Assembly (NCBI GenBank): GCA_964628295.1
Contig: CAZVLS010000016.1
Span: 10,933 to 74,932 of the forward strand
Direction of reading: 5' to 3'
Source: an uncultured Acidobacterium sp.
GTDB lineage: Bacteria; Acidobacteriota; Vicinamibacteria; Vicinamibacterales; UBA2999
Length of the DNA: 64,000 bases
This document shows positions 40,654 to 50,331 of the stretch, in pieces; positions within the stretch are counted from its first letter, which is position 1; each line of letters starts with the position of its first letter. The notes under the pieces were generated by a model. The model was given only the letters and a program-made list of their open reading frames with translations, searched no databases and was not told where the DNA came from. The translations under genes were made by a program, and so were the position numbers.

Positions 40654-42816
40654 CTACTGGCACTGAAGACGCGGCAGCAGCCCGTCGATCTGGGCTATGT
40701 AGTTGCGCGCGTTTCCAGACTCATTCAGGTCGGGATTGATGCCGATCATCGTGACGTAACTCTTCTTCGCCGCCTTCAGCACGTCACAAGATGGCCGGGA
40801 GTTGTAGAGATCTCGATTCACGTTACCCAGGAGAAAATGCGCGATCGGATCCTTGGGGGCGTGCTTCAGCGCGCGTTCGCAGTACTGGCGCGCCTTCAAT
40901 GGGTTCGCCACTCGCTGTTCGGAGATGCAAAGACCGAGGAAGCCCGCGCTTCGCAGGCTGTCGTATGCACCCTGGCGATCCGCGTGCCGGCGACTGCCGA
41001 TGCCCATACCGATGAAATGGAACGCGAGCTTCGAACCAAGGCCGGTCGAGAAATTCGTCAAGTCGAGAAACGTGCGGTAGTCCTCGCGAGCGAGCAGCCA
41101 GAATGGGTGCGCACGGCTCTTATCGGACTGGATCGCCGCCAGTTGCCGGCGCGCGTCAGCTCGCCACAGGTAAGCCTGCGCGTTTGAGGAGTCGAGCGCG
41201 ATGGCGCGATCGGCGGCATCGATCGCCTGTTGCCATGCGGCCTTGTCCCAGTAGGCACGCGACAGCATGGAATACAGGTCGTCGTTGTCGGCGTCGAGGC
41301 GAATGGCCTCAGTCAGCATGCGAATCGCTTCGTCCGGGTCGCCGCGCTCGATCAGCGCGGCGGCGCACTGCGAGCGCGACTCGACGTGGGTGGGATCGAG
41401 CGCCATTGCTTTCTGGAATGACGCGACAGCGCCGTCATAGTCGAGCAGCAGCTGCTGCGCCTGCCCGAGGTTGTAGGCTGCGACCACGAAGGTTGGATCC
41501 TCTTTCAGGGCGCGCTCGAACAAGGCCGCCGCGCGACGCAGATCCGCTTCACTCTGCTTGCGTTCGGTCGGCACCAGGTTCATCAGGCTCAGCGACGAGC
41601 GGCGCGTGAACAACAGCTTCTCGCCTTGCTCATTCAGGTCGAGTGCGGGCTTCTTGGGCTGGCGCGCGTAGCGGATGCGGATCGATACGGCAGAGTCGCG
41701 GCCAGGGGCGATCATGATCTCCTTGCGATCCGGCTCGTAACCTGACTTGACCCCCTGGAACTCATGCAGTCCGCTCGTGAGGCTCGGTACCACGAGCGGC
41801 TTACCGCGCTGCACGGTGCCGATCAGCCGGCCATCGATGTAGACGTCAACACCGTCCATGTTCACTTCGATCACGGCGGTGCCAAGCATCGACGGCGGCA
41901 GCGGCTCGGCGTTCGAGCATCCTGAACCGACGCCCAATAGCATTTCGGGCTCGTAGTCGCCGCGGGCGGTCGGCGTCTGCGACAGCTGACGCTCCCGCGC
42001 GTAGCGACGCACGTTCGACCGCACGTACTCAATCAGCTCATCGGCGGTGATGCGCCCATCACAGGGATCGTTGTCGGAGTTGCCTTCGAACGCCTGCACC
42101 AGGTAGTAGGTGAAGAGCCCGTATCCAGTCGAGAGGTTCGCGTCCTCAAAGCTCTGTTCGCGCTCGGTGGTGGCCGTGAGCGTCAGGAACGACGATGGCA
42201 GCGCGGTGAACTGCGCCTCCATGGATTCGTTGGTGGTCTCGGCGTTGATCTTGCCGGAGTGACACGCATCGGTCAGCAACACCTTCCAACCGGCAGTGAC
42301 CTTGTTTGCGAGGACGTCACCGAGGGCGGTCATCGGATAGGCGGTCTCAGCCAGTCGCGCAGGGTCGACATCCCACGGTGCGAGGTAGCCTTTGCCGTTC
42401 TCTACGAATCCGTGGCCGGCGAAATACACCACCACGCGATCGTTGGGCTGGGCGACCGACGGCAGCCACGTCTCGATCTCGAAACGGACACGTTCGAGCG
42501 TGGCGTCGGCGCCGCGCAGGAAGTGGACGTTCTCGGCGGGGAACGCGCCGCCGTTCTGGCTGATCAGGACGCGGTAGATGGCCTCGGCATCTGATTCGGG
42601 AAACTTCAGCTGCTTATTGGCCTCGAGGTTCCTGTAATTCGAGACCCCGACGATCAGCGCGTAGCCGCGCGGAACGCCCTTGGGCAACGGCGCCTCCGGC
42701 TTCTTGGCGAGGACCAGGTCGCGTGGGGCCTGTCCGCCGGACTGCTGACCGGCAGCCGTCAATGCGGATACCGCGATCGCAACCACCGACAACAAGAGAC
42801 GAAGCACTCGCTTCAT
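40654..42816 (-). CDS. Secreted caspase-like (peptidase C14) protein with PEGA-like and TPR domains
   Basis: 720 aa with a signal peptide. His/Cys dyad YFAGHG ... LLTDACHSG. PEGA-like VDVYIDGRLIGT...GLHEFQGVKSGYEP. C-terminal TPR-like repeats. Confidence 0.85.
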   Translation of the reverse strand: MKRVLRLLLSVVAIAVSALTAAGQQSGGQAPRDLVLAKKPEAPLPKGVPRGYALIVGVSNYRNLEANKQLKFPESDAEAIYRVLISQNGGAFPAENVHFLRGADATLERVRFEIETWLPSVAQPNDRVVVYFAGHGFVENGKGYLAPWDVDPARLAETAYPMTALGDVLANKVTAGWKVLLTDACHSGKINAETTNESMEAQFTALPSSFLTLTATTEREQSFEDANLSTGYGLFTYYLVQAFEGNSDNDPCDGRITADELIEYVRSNVRRYARERQLSQTPTARGDYEPEMLLGVGSGCSNAEPLPPSMLGTAVIEVNMDGVDVYIDGRLIGTVQRGKPLVVPSLTSGLHEFQGVKSGYEPDRKEIMIAPGRDSAVSIRIRYARQPKKPALDLNEQGEKLLFTRRSSLSLMNLVPTERKQSEADLRRAAALFERALKEDPTFVVAAYNLGQAQQLLLDYDGAVASFQKAMALDPTHVESRSQCAAALIERGDPDEAIRMLTEAIRLDADNDDLYSMLSRAYWDKAAWQQAIDAADRAIALDSSNAQAYLWRADARRQLAAIQSDKSRAHPFWLLAREDYRTFLDLTNFSTGLGSKLAFHFIGMGIGSRRHADRQGAYDSLRSAGFLGLCISEQRVANPLKARQYCERALKHAPKDPIAHFLLGNVNRDLYNSRPSCDVLKAAKKSYVTMIGINPDLNESGNARNYIAQIDGLLPRLQCQ

Positions 42817-44720
42817 GGCTCATGCCTCAACACAAAGCTGACGGACACCGCCTTGCCGAGCTCAGACTTGTTCACAACGTAGTTGGCCTGAATGAGATTG
42901 CCGGCCTTGACGGCCGCCTTCGAGTCCCTGCTGAAGCTCAAGTCACGCGATGCGATCGAGCCCTGAAGTTCGCTGACCGCTGATGCCGTGAGCGTCTCGG
43001 ACCTGGTGACCGGCTTGCTGAAGCCGGGCAGCGCCTGCATCGGCTCGCGGCTGAAGAACACGAACAGGTTCTCGGCGCCTGGATTCGAATCAAACTCAAA
43101 CCATCCATCGTCCGGCACCATGTACTCGTCGGATTTCCTCACCCGATTCCGGCCACCGTTGATCTCGGGGCTTGGGAACAGCACGGACCAGCGGCCACTG
43201 GAACCCTGCTGAACAACGTAGAGATAGCCATCGACGTTGGACTCGAACGACAGACGGACCTTGTCACCGGCGCGGAAGGTCGCCGAGGCGATATCCACGT
43301 CCGCCTCGTGGCCGTCCTTCGTTTGCTGCGTAATGCGATAGCGCAAGCCGGTGTTCGGGGCATCCGCCGACCCGCTCGCGGTGGCATAGAACATCTCGCG
43401 TCCACTCGCGGCGGCAACAGGCGCCGGTGCGACAGCGGTGGTAGCGGGCGGCGTGGCTGGGGCAGAGTTCGGCTTCGGCGGTTCCGCTTTCACGGCCGGC
43501 GCAGCGGCCGTCTCTCGCTTCTCCTCGGTCGCGGCCGGCTGGCTGATCGGTGGCGTTGCGACGGACGACGCCGGCAGGGACGGCGGCGATGCTGGCGGAG
43601 TCGTGTCAGCCGCCGCAATCGTCGAGGGCTCTGCCTGTGCTCGACCGGACATCATCGCGTAGCCGGCAGCACCAATCACCCCGAGCGCGAGCACGGCGGC
43701 CGCAGGCACGAGCCACGGTCTGGCCGGTGCGGCTGGTTGCGAAGACCGGGCTGGTGTGGCTGCGGGAACCGACTTCGTCGGAACGCCCTGGTTGGGCCAG
43801 CCACCGGTAGCGATGTTGCTCGGCGACGACTGAATGACCGTCTGCTGACCCGCCATGGTGTCGTGCGCGGCGGATGAGGCAAGGCGGTCGCGCGAATTGG
43901 CGAGGAATGCGGTGAGCGCATCACGCATCTCTCGCGCCGTCTGATACCGCTCGTCGGCGTTCTTGGCCATCGCGCGCGCGATGATCTTCTCGATCTCCGG
44001 GAAGGCGCGGCTCCACTGCGCGTTCATCGGCGGCACCGGATCCTGGATCACCTTGATGATGATGGTGCTGATCGTGTCGCCATCGAACGGCTTGCGGCCG
44101 CTGCACATCTCGTAGGCCATGGTGCCGGTCGAATAGATGTCGGTGCGGCCGTCGACCTTTTCACCACGCAACTGTTCGGGCGACGCGTAGTGCAGCGTCC
44201 CGAGGATCGTGCCGGTGACGGTGCGTGAATCGACCTGTGTCATGCGCGCCAGGCCGAAGTCGACGATCTTGATGTTGCCGTTCGCCAGTACGCGAATGTT
44301 GGCCGGCTTGATGTCGCGATGAATGACGCCTTTGGCGTGCGCGTGTTCCAGGGCCTCGAGGATCTGGATCAGTATCCTGACACGCTGCTCGAACGGAAGC
44401 TCGCCGCGCCAGAGTGCCTGCGCGAGGTCTTCACCTTCGAGGTACTCCATCACCACGTATGCGCCGCCCTCGATCTCGCCGGCCTCGTGGACAGTGACGA
44501 TGTGAGGATGATGGAGTCGCGCGCAGGCCTGGGCTTCATCAACCAGGCGCTGCAGATAGACGGGATCAGAAATATCTGGGCGGACGGTCTTGACCGCGAC
44601 CAGGCGCTTCAGTGTCGGGTCGGTCGCCTTGTAGACCGCACCCATCCCACCAGCGCCGAGCACAGACTCGACGACAAATCGACCGATGTGAGAGGGGACG
44701 TGATCCGCTGATTCCGACAT
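42813..44720 (-). CDS. Transmembrane Ser/Thr protein kinase with an extracytoplasmic DUF4384-like domain
   Basis: 635 aa. VAVK, HRDIKPANI, DFGLA, YASPEQ. Pro/Ala-rich linker and TM segment LVPAAAVLALGVIGAAGYAMM. C-terminal GDKVRLSFESNVDGYLYVVQQGSSGRWSVLFP. 4-nt overlap with the caspase gene. Confidence 0.9.
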   Translation of the reverse strand: MSESADHVPSHIGRFVVESVLGAGGMGAVYKATDPTLKRLVAVKTVRPDISDPVYLQRLVDEAQACARLHHPHIVTVHEAGEIEGGAYVVMEYLEGEDLAQALWRGELPFEQRVRILIQILEALEHAHAKGVIHRDIKPANIRVLANGNIKIVDFGLARMTQVDSRTVTGTILGTLHYASPEQLRGEKVDGRTDIYSTGTMAYEMCSGRKPFDGDTISTIIIKVIQDPVPPMNAQWSRAFPEIEKIIARAMAKNADERYQTAREMRDALTAFLANSRDRLASSAAHDTMAGQQTVIQSSPSNIATGGWPNQGVPTKSVPAATPARSSQPAAPARPWLVPAAAVLALGVIGAAGYAMMSGRAQAEPSTIAAADTTPPASPPSLPASSVATPPISQPAATEEKRETAAAPAVKAEPPKPNSAPATPPATTAVAPAPVAAASGREMFYATASGSADAPNTGLRYRITQQTKDGHEADVDIASATFRAGDKVRLSFESNVDGYLYVVQQGSSGRWSVLFPSPEINGGRNRVRKSDEYMVPDDGWFEFDSNPGAENLFVFFSREPMQALPGFSKPVTRSETLTASAVSELQGSIASRDLSFSRDSKAAVKAGNLIQANYVVNKSELGKAVSVSFVLRHEP

Positions 44721-44750
44721 GGTGCCAGCGGAATTATACGGGCCGCTCAG

Positions 44751-45392
44751 CTAGCGCGCATCCCCCATAAGCGTCTGCAGATCTGCGGTGAGCTTCTCGA
44801 TTTCGTGCGGCAATGTGGCGTTGTAGACGCCGCGCAGGTGCCCGTCACGATCGACCAGCAAGACCTTCTCGGTGTGCAGGAACTGTTCCCCGGCTGGCAC
44901 TTCCGGGTCAATCCGGCCGTCGTCGGCAAAGTACGAGGTGCGCGCGAGTGCATAGATCTGCTCCGCGTCACCCGTCACCAGTTTCCAGGTGTCGTTCTCG
45001 ATACCGCGCAGTTCGGCGAACGCCGCCAACGTCGCGGGCGTGTCCTGCTGCGGCGCAACCGAGTACGAGACCAGCAACGCCTCCGGGCGGCCGCTGATGG
45101 CGGTCTGAACCTTCTTCAGCTGCGTGATCATCGACGGGCATACCCCGGCACAGTGGGTGTAAATGAACGAGGCCACGTGCACTCGACCAAGAAGGTCCGC
45201 GCGCGTGATTGGCGTCCCACCCTGAGTGACGAGCGAGAAATCGGCGATGCGATGATCGACGGCGCGCGTCCAGCGCGGCGACAGATCGGCGCTGTCGTAG
45301 AAGGGAAGTGATGGCGTGGTCTTGACCGCATCCATCACCAGCATTGCCCCCACCGCAACCGTCGCAGCCACGAACATCAACAGGCGGGTCAT
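44751..45392 (-). CDS. SCO1/SenC-family copper chaperone / thiol-disulfide protein
   Basis: Thioredoxin-like fold with the CxxxC motif FIYTHCAGVCP. I prefer the ATG at 45392, which forms an ATGA overlap with the upstream stop, over the track start 45416. Confidence 0.85.
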   Translation of the reverse strand: MTRLLMFVAATVAVGAMLVMDAVKTTPSLPFYDSADLSPRWTRAVDHRIADFSLVTQGGTPITRADLLGRVHVASFIYTHCAGVCPSMITQLKKVQTAISGRPEALLVSYSVAPQQDTPATLAAFAELRGIENDTWKLVTGDAEQIYALARTSYFADDGRIDPEVPAGEQFLHTEKVLLVDRDGHLRGVYNATLPHEIEKLTADLQTLMGDAR

Positions 45393-45646
45393 CGTGACTC
45401 CTTTACCGGGGCGCACGGCCTGGCGTTGATCGCGCCATAGCGGCGGCCGTTCTTCATTTCGTAGTTGATGTAGAGCTCACCGTCTTCCGTCCACGCCTGC
45501 TGCAGGCCTTCCTCGCGTCCGTTGTAGAAGTGACGGACTTCGAAAGGCCTGCCGCTGGCATAGAAGGTGCGCCGCTCCTCGAGGAGCGGCGTGGTCGCCG
45601 CAGGCGTCGTCGCGGCGAACATCAGCGCGATCGCCACGATCTTCAC
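45389..45646 (-). CDS. Small exported MORN/YwqK-like repeat protein
   Basis: 85 aa with a signal-like N-terminus. The repeat flavour ...HFYNGREEGLQQAWTEDGELYINYEMKNGRRYG resembles MORN-variant repeats. ATGA overlaps at both ends. Confidence 0.45.
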   Translation of the reverse strand: MKIVAIALMFAATTPAATTPLLEERRTFYASGRPFEVRHFYNGREEGLQQAWTEDGELYINYEMKNGRRYGAINARPCAPVKESR

Positions 45647-46473
45647 TGCACGGTCCCCGAGGTGCCGCGGTAGCAGCCGGAGATGTACGGCACCGCGCTG
45701 GTCGTGTGGTAATGGTAGATCCCGCTCGCGAAATCCGCGGTCACCGACGTGTGGCCGTTGCAGCCATCCAGGTTGGTCGGCGTGCTGCCATCGCTGTCGA
45801 TCGGTCCATAGACCGGGAAGCCGTCAAGCAGTACGCCGATCAGACGGCTGCGGCTCGATGCCGTGATCGACAGCGGCTCGAAGTGGTAGTGGTACTGGTT
45901 GTTCGGGTTCGGGTGACCGTTGTACCTGTCGAACGACACGATCTCGCTGGTCAGCGGCTGGCGTCCCGCCGCGTACTGGTTGTAGAAGACCACGCCATTG
46001 ACCGAGATGCCAATGGGTCCAAGCGGCGTATCGCTGGTGCTGGCCGCGGCCGCAGGAGTTGTCGAGATCCGGAATGTCAGGTTCTGCGTGGCGATCGAGT
46101 GCGGGTTCACCTGCATACCCGAATGCGGCGCCTCGTAGTTGGCACTGCTCGTTCCCCAGTACGGGCTCTTGTGATCGGGCGTGTCGCTGGTCCGGATCAC
46201 CGCGGTCGTACCGTCGAAAGTCACGGACACGCCGTTGCCGGAGAACTTCGAGAACATCGCCTGCGTGCTGGTCGTGGTTGACGTCGACGTGGTCGGCGTC
46301 GTCGGGGTCGTCGGCGCAGTCGTGGTGGTGGTGGTCGTAGTCGTGGTCGTAGCGGTGGTCGCTGTGGTCGTCGGCGCCGTGGGGCTCGACGTCGAGGCGT
46401 CCGCCTTGCTGCAGGCCATGACACCGGCGGCGATCAGGGCGATCCCGGCGGCCGCACACATGTGATGTCTCAT
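45643..46473 (-). CDS. YHYH-domain secreted protein with a poly-Thr linker
   Basis: 276 aa. QYHYHFEP and IYHYHTTS motifs. A lipoprotein-like N-terminus (IAAGVMAC) is followed by a Thr/Pro-rich low-complexity linker (about 46246-46395). Confidence 0.7.
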   Translation of the reverse strand: MRHHMCAAAGIALIAAGVMACSKADASTSSPTAPTTTATTATTTTTTTTTTTAPTTPTTPTTSTSTTTSTQAMFSKFSGNGVSVTFDGTTAVIRTSDTPDHKSPYWGTSSANYEAPHSGMQVNPHSIATQNLTFRISTTPAAAASTSDTPLGPIGISVNGVVFYNQYAAGRQPLTSEIVSFDRYNGHPNPNNQYHYHFEPLSITASSRSRLIGVLLDGFPVYGPIDSDGSTPTNLDGCNGHTSVTADFASGIYHYHTTSAVPYISGCYRGTSGTVQ

Positions 46474-46571
46474 TTCGTCCTCCTGGGATATGAGACTGCG
46501 CGGGTGTTAAGCCATCCTTCAGGGGACCCCGGAGATTTGTAAAGCAACGGTAAAAGTCTCCCTTTTTCGCC

Positions 46572-47327
46572 ATGGGCGAACTACATTCGGCCTACCACGC
46601 AATGGAGTCCACTCGACTGCTGCTCGTCGAAGACGATGAGAAGTTCTGCCGGCTGCTGAGGGATTACCTGACGCCGCTCGGCTACGACGTGGAGATTACG
46701 CACGATGGCCGAGACGGCCTGGTGCGGGCGCAGACCGGCGGTCATGCCGCGGTCATTCTCGATGTCATGCTCCCCGGCATGGGCGGGTTCGACATCCTGC
46801 GCGAGCTGCGGCGCACTTCACACGTGCCGGTCTTGATGTTGACGGCGCTTGGCGACGAGGTAGATCGGATTGCCGGGCTCGAGATCGGTGCCGACGATTA
46901 CCTGCCGAAGACCTTCTCAACGCGTGAACTGCTGGCGCGACTTCGATCGGTGCTGCGACGATCCGCGATTACGACAGCGGCCAGGCAGGATTCCAAGGCG
47001 GCACCGTTGTCTCTCGGTCCGCTGTGGATGGATCCAGCCGCACGCACGGCGACGCTCGATGACTCGCCGCTCTCCCTGACGAAGGTGGAGTTCGATCTGC
47101 TGCTTGCGCTCGTCGAAGCGCCAGGCCGGGTACGGTCGCGCGAGCAACTGCTGCTGGCCGCCGCCGATCGAGACTTTGAAGCCTTCGACCGATCCATCGA
47201 TGTGCACATCTCGTCGGTGCGAAAGAAACTGGGTGACGATCCGAAGGCGCCGCGATGGATCGAGACGATTCGCGGCATCGGCTATCGCATGCTGCACCCA
47301 TCCAGGCCTGGCGGAGACACGGCGTGA
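46572..47327 (+). CDS. OmpR-family response regulator
   Basis: REC domain (LLLVEDDEKF...ILDVMLPGMGG) and winged-helix output (VEFDLLLAL...IETIRGIGYRM). The start may be ATG 46602. Confidence 0.9.
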   Translation: MGELHSAYHAMESTRLLLVEDDEKFCRLLRDYLTPLGYDVEITHDGRDGLVRAQTGGHAAVILDVMLPGMGGFDILRELRRTSHVPVLMLTALGDEVDRIAGLEIGADDYLPKTFSTRELLARLRSVLRRSAITTAARQDSKAAPLSLGPLWMDPAARTATLDDSPLSLTKVEFDLLLALVEAPGRVRSREQLLLAAADRDFEAFDRSIDVHISSVRKKLGDDPKAPRWIETIRGIGYRMLHPSRPGGDTA

Positions 47328-48823
47328 TCTCGCACCTGCGTCGCTCGCTCGGTGCACGGATCCTGGTGCTCGCGATCGTCAACCTCGCGTTGCTGGTCGC
47401 AATCGGTCTTGCGGCTTCGGGTGTCCGGGTGCCCCGAAGCCTGCCACAGCTGGTGATGCAGTCCGCTGAACCACGACTGCAGGATGTCGCCCGTCGCATC
47501 GCACTCGACCTCGAGCGGGCAACACCGGGCGAGGCGGACTCCATCCTCGAGCGGTACGCGAGTGAATACCGGACGCGATTCATGCTCGTCAAGAACGATG
47601 GCACTCGCCTCGCGGGAGAGTCTCTCGAGATTCCCGAAGGCGTCCGCCAGACGCTGGCCGGCCCTCCGCCACGCGGCCCTGAAGAGCGCGCGGTCCGCTT
47701 CGCGCCTCCAGGGGGCGTGCCCCGTCCGCCCCCTGAGCGGCCCGGCCCTCCGGTTGGACCGCGCGACGGTCGCACCGGCTTGCGGATGCCCCAAACGCCG
47801 GCGCACCTGGTTCCGGCGGCCACCGGGCCTCGCTTCTGGATCGTCCTTCGACTGCCGATCCGTTTCGCTGGCGCGACAGACATCACACCCGGGAGCTTGC
47901 TGGTCGTTCCGTACGGGTTCTTCACCGATTCGCTGTTGTTCCCGCTGCGGACGATCTTGTGGGGATTGGTAGCCCTGACGGTCACCGTGTTGTGCTGGTG
48001 GCCGCTGCTCCGGTCGATCACCAAGAGCCTTGGCCGCATGGAACACGCCACCAGCGAGATCGCGCTCGGCAAGTTCGACACGAAAATTGGCGTCGACCGC
48101 ACGGACGAGATCGGGCGCCTGTCCTCGTCTATCGAAGAGATGTCGGGCCGTCTTGGCGTGATGGTCTCCGGCCAGAAGCGGTTTCTTGGCGACACCGCGC
48201 ACGAGTTGCGGTCGCCAATTGGCCGCATGCAGATTGCGCTCGAGATCCTCGAGAACCGGGTCGCGGAGCCCGAGCGCGCGTACATCGGCGATCTCAAGGA
48301 AGACGTCGACGCGCTGAGAAAGCTGACCGACGAACTACTGCAGTACGCGCGCGCGGAGTTGCGCGAGCGCGGCCGGCTGCTCGAAGGCGTGCCGCTACTT
48401 CCGCTGGTCGAACGCGTGATTGCCAAGGAGGGCAACGGCGCGACCGTCACGTCGATGATCGACGAGCGGACCGTCGTCAACGCCGATCCAGGATTGCTCG
48501 AACGAGCGCTCTCCAACGTGGTTCGCAACGCCGCGACGTATGCCGGCGCCGCCGGTCCCATTCACATCAGCGCCTCTGAGGATCGCGGCGAGGTGGTGGT
48601 GTCGATCGCGGACCAGGGACCGGGCGTGGCTCCGGAATCGTTGCAGCGGCTATTCGAGCCGTTCTATCGGGAAGACGAGGCGCGCAATCGCAAGACGGGC
48701 GGCGTCGGTCTTGGACTGGCGATCGTAAGGAGCGCTGTAGAGGCGTGCGGCGGCTCGGTGACCTGTCACCTGCGTTCACCGAACGGGCTGGAAGTCAGGA
48801 TCGTCCTGCAATCCGCCCGGTAG
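47324..48823 (+). CDS. Sensor histidine kinase (TM-periplasmic Pro/Arg-rich loop-HAMP-HisKA-HATPase)
   Basis: H-box FLGDTAHELRSPI and G-box GGVGLGLAIV. The GTG at 47324 overlaps the RR stop (GTGA). The track start 47255 would overlap the RR gene by 73 nt. Confidence 0.85.
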   Translation: MISHLRRSLGARILVLAIVNLALLVAIGLAASGVRVPRSLPQLVMQSAEPRLQDVARRIALDLERATPGEADSILERYASEYRTRFMLVKNDGTRLAGESLEIPEGVRQTLAGPPPRGPEERAVRFAPPGGVPRPPPERPGPPVGPRDGRTGLRMPQTPAHLVPAATGPRFWIVLRLPIRFAGATDITPGSLLVVPYGFFTDSLLFPLRTILWGLVALTVTVLCWWPLLRSITKSLGRMEHATSEIALGKFDTKIGVDRTDEIGRLSSSIEEMSGRLGVMVSGQKRFLGDTAHELRSPIGRMQIALEILENRVAEPERAYIGDLKEDVDALRKLTDELLQYARAELRERGRLLEGVPLLPLVERVIAKEGNGATVTSMIDERTVVNADPGLLERALSNVVRNAATYAGAAGPIHISASEDRGEVVVSIADQGPGVAPESLQRLFEPFYREDEARNRKTGGVGLGLAIVRSAVEACGGSVTCHLRSPNGLEVRIVLQSAR

Positions 48824-48831
48824 AAGTAGCC

Positions 48832-48853
48832 AGGCGGGTCTAAAGGCCCGCCT
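48832..48853. terminator. Hairpin between convergent genes (aggcggg / cccgcct, 8-nt loop); possible bidirectional terminator
   Basis: Inverted repeat read directly in the 38-nt convergent gap. Confidence 0.4.
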
Positions 48854-48861
48854 CTGCAAAG

Positions 48862-50331
48862 CTATTCGATTTCCATCGGCTCGAGTTCGTCGCCGTTTTC
48901 GCTGCCGTTCGGATCCGGCTCGCTGGTGCCGGCCGACGCCTTCTTGCGCCGCGGCCGGATGTCGTACCGCTTGATCATTTCATTCAGCGTCGTCGGCTTG
49001 ATCCGCAGCAGTTCCGCCGCGCGCTTCTGGACGCCCCCGGCGGCTTCGAGCGCCGATTCGATCCACTGCCGTTCGTAAGCGACCGTGACGTCCTTCAGCG
49101 AAATGCCGTCGGCCGGCATCACGACGTGCGGAATCTGGAACGCCGGATTGCGGCGGACGTGATCGGGGATCAGTTCGGTGCCGATCCGCGTGCCGGTGCA
49201 CAGCACGACCGCTCGCTCGATGACGTTCTCGAGCTCGCGCACGTTACCCGGCCAGTCGTATTCCATCAGCAGATCGAGCGCTTCGGGCGCGATCTCGATA
49301 TTGCGCCGCTCGTTTTCCTGGCTGTATTTCTCGAGGAAATGCTGCACCAGCAGCGGCACATCGTCCCGGCGCTCGCGCAACGCCGGCAGCGACAGATTGA
49401 CGACGTTCAGACGATAGAACAGGTCCTCGCGGAACCGTCCTTCCTCCATCTCCGTCTTCAGGTCGACGTTGGTCGCCGCGATGATACGGACGTCGACCTT
49501 GATCGTCTCCATCCCGCCAAGGCGCATGAACTCGCGTTCCTGCATGACGCGCAGCAGCTTGGCCTGCGTCTCCATGGGCACATTGCCGATCTCGTCGAAG
49601 AAGATGCTGCCCTTGTCGGCAAGGTCGAACATGCCCTTCTTCGGGTAGACGGCGCCGGTAAACGCGCCTTTCACGTGACCGAACAGGGTGGATTCGAGCA
49701 GGTCCGGCGGCAGGTTGCCCGAGTTCACGGCCACGAACGACTTATCGCTGCGCGCCGAGTTGCTGTGAATCGCGCGGGCGACGAGTTCCTTGCCGGTGCC
49801 GCTTTCGCCTGTGATGAGTATGGTGCTGCGGCTCGGCGCCGCCTGGATGATCAGGTCGAACACCTGCTTCATGCGGCTGCTCTTGCCGATGATGCCCGAG
49901 AACTTGTGGTAGCGCGCCTGCAGGTTCTGGCGCAGCGTCACATTCTCATTCACCAGTTGCCGCCGCTCGATCGCGTTCTGCAGCACCACCAGCACTTCGT
50001 CGTTCTTGAACGGCTTGGTGATGTAGTCGAACGCGCCCTTCTTCATGGCCGCGATCGCGCTCTCCATGGAGGCGTAGGCGGTCACCATCACGACCGGCAG
50101 ATCCTCGTCGTGCTTCTTCAGCTCTTCGAGCACCTGCAGCCCGTCAATGCCGGGCATCATCACGTCGGTGATGACGGCGTCGAACGGCAGGGAACGCGCC
50201 AGGTCCAGGCCTTCCTGCCCCGTCGAGGCCAGGCGAACGCTGTAGCCCTCGCGCTCCAGCAGGGTGCCCAGAATGTCCCGCATCACTTCTTCGTCGTCGA
50301 TGACGAGTACCGCCGCGTTGTTCTTACGCAT
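48862..50331 (-). CDS. Sigma-54-dependent response regulator (NtrC family)
   Basis: 489 aa. REC domain, AAA+ Walker A GESGTGKE, GAFTGA motif (KGAFTGAV), C-terminal Fis-type HTH. Confidence 0.9.
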   Translation of the reverse strand: MRKNNAAVLVIDDEEVMRDILGTLLEREGYSVRLASTGQEGLDLARSLPFDAVITDVMMPGIDGLQVLEELKKHDEDLPVVMVTAYASMESAIAAMKKGAFDYITKPFKNDEVLVVLQNAIERRQLVNENVTLRQNLQARYHKFSGIIGKSSRMKQVFDLIIQAAPSRSTILITGESGTGKELVARAIHSNSARSDKSFVAVNSGNLPPDLLESTLFGHVKGAFTGAVYPKKGMFDLADKGSIFFDEIGNVPMETQAKLLRVMQEREFMRLGGMETIKVDVRIIAATNVDLKTEMEEGRFREDLFYRLNVVNLSLPALRERRDDVPLLVQHFLEKYSQENERRNIEIAPEALDLLMEYDWPGNVRELENVIERAVVLCTGTRIGTELIPDHVRRNPAFQIPHVVMPADGISLKDVTVAYERQWIESALEAAGGVQKRAAELLRIKPTTLNEMIKRYDIRPRRKKASAGTSEPDPNGSENGDELEPMEIE

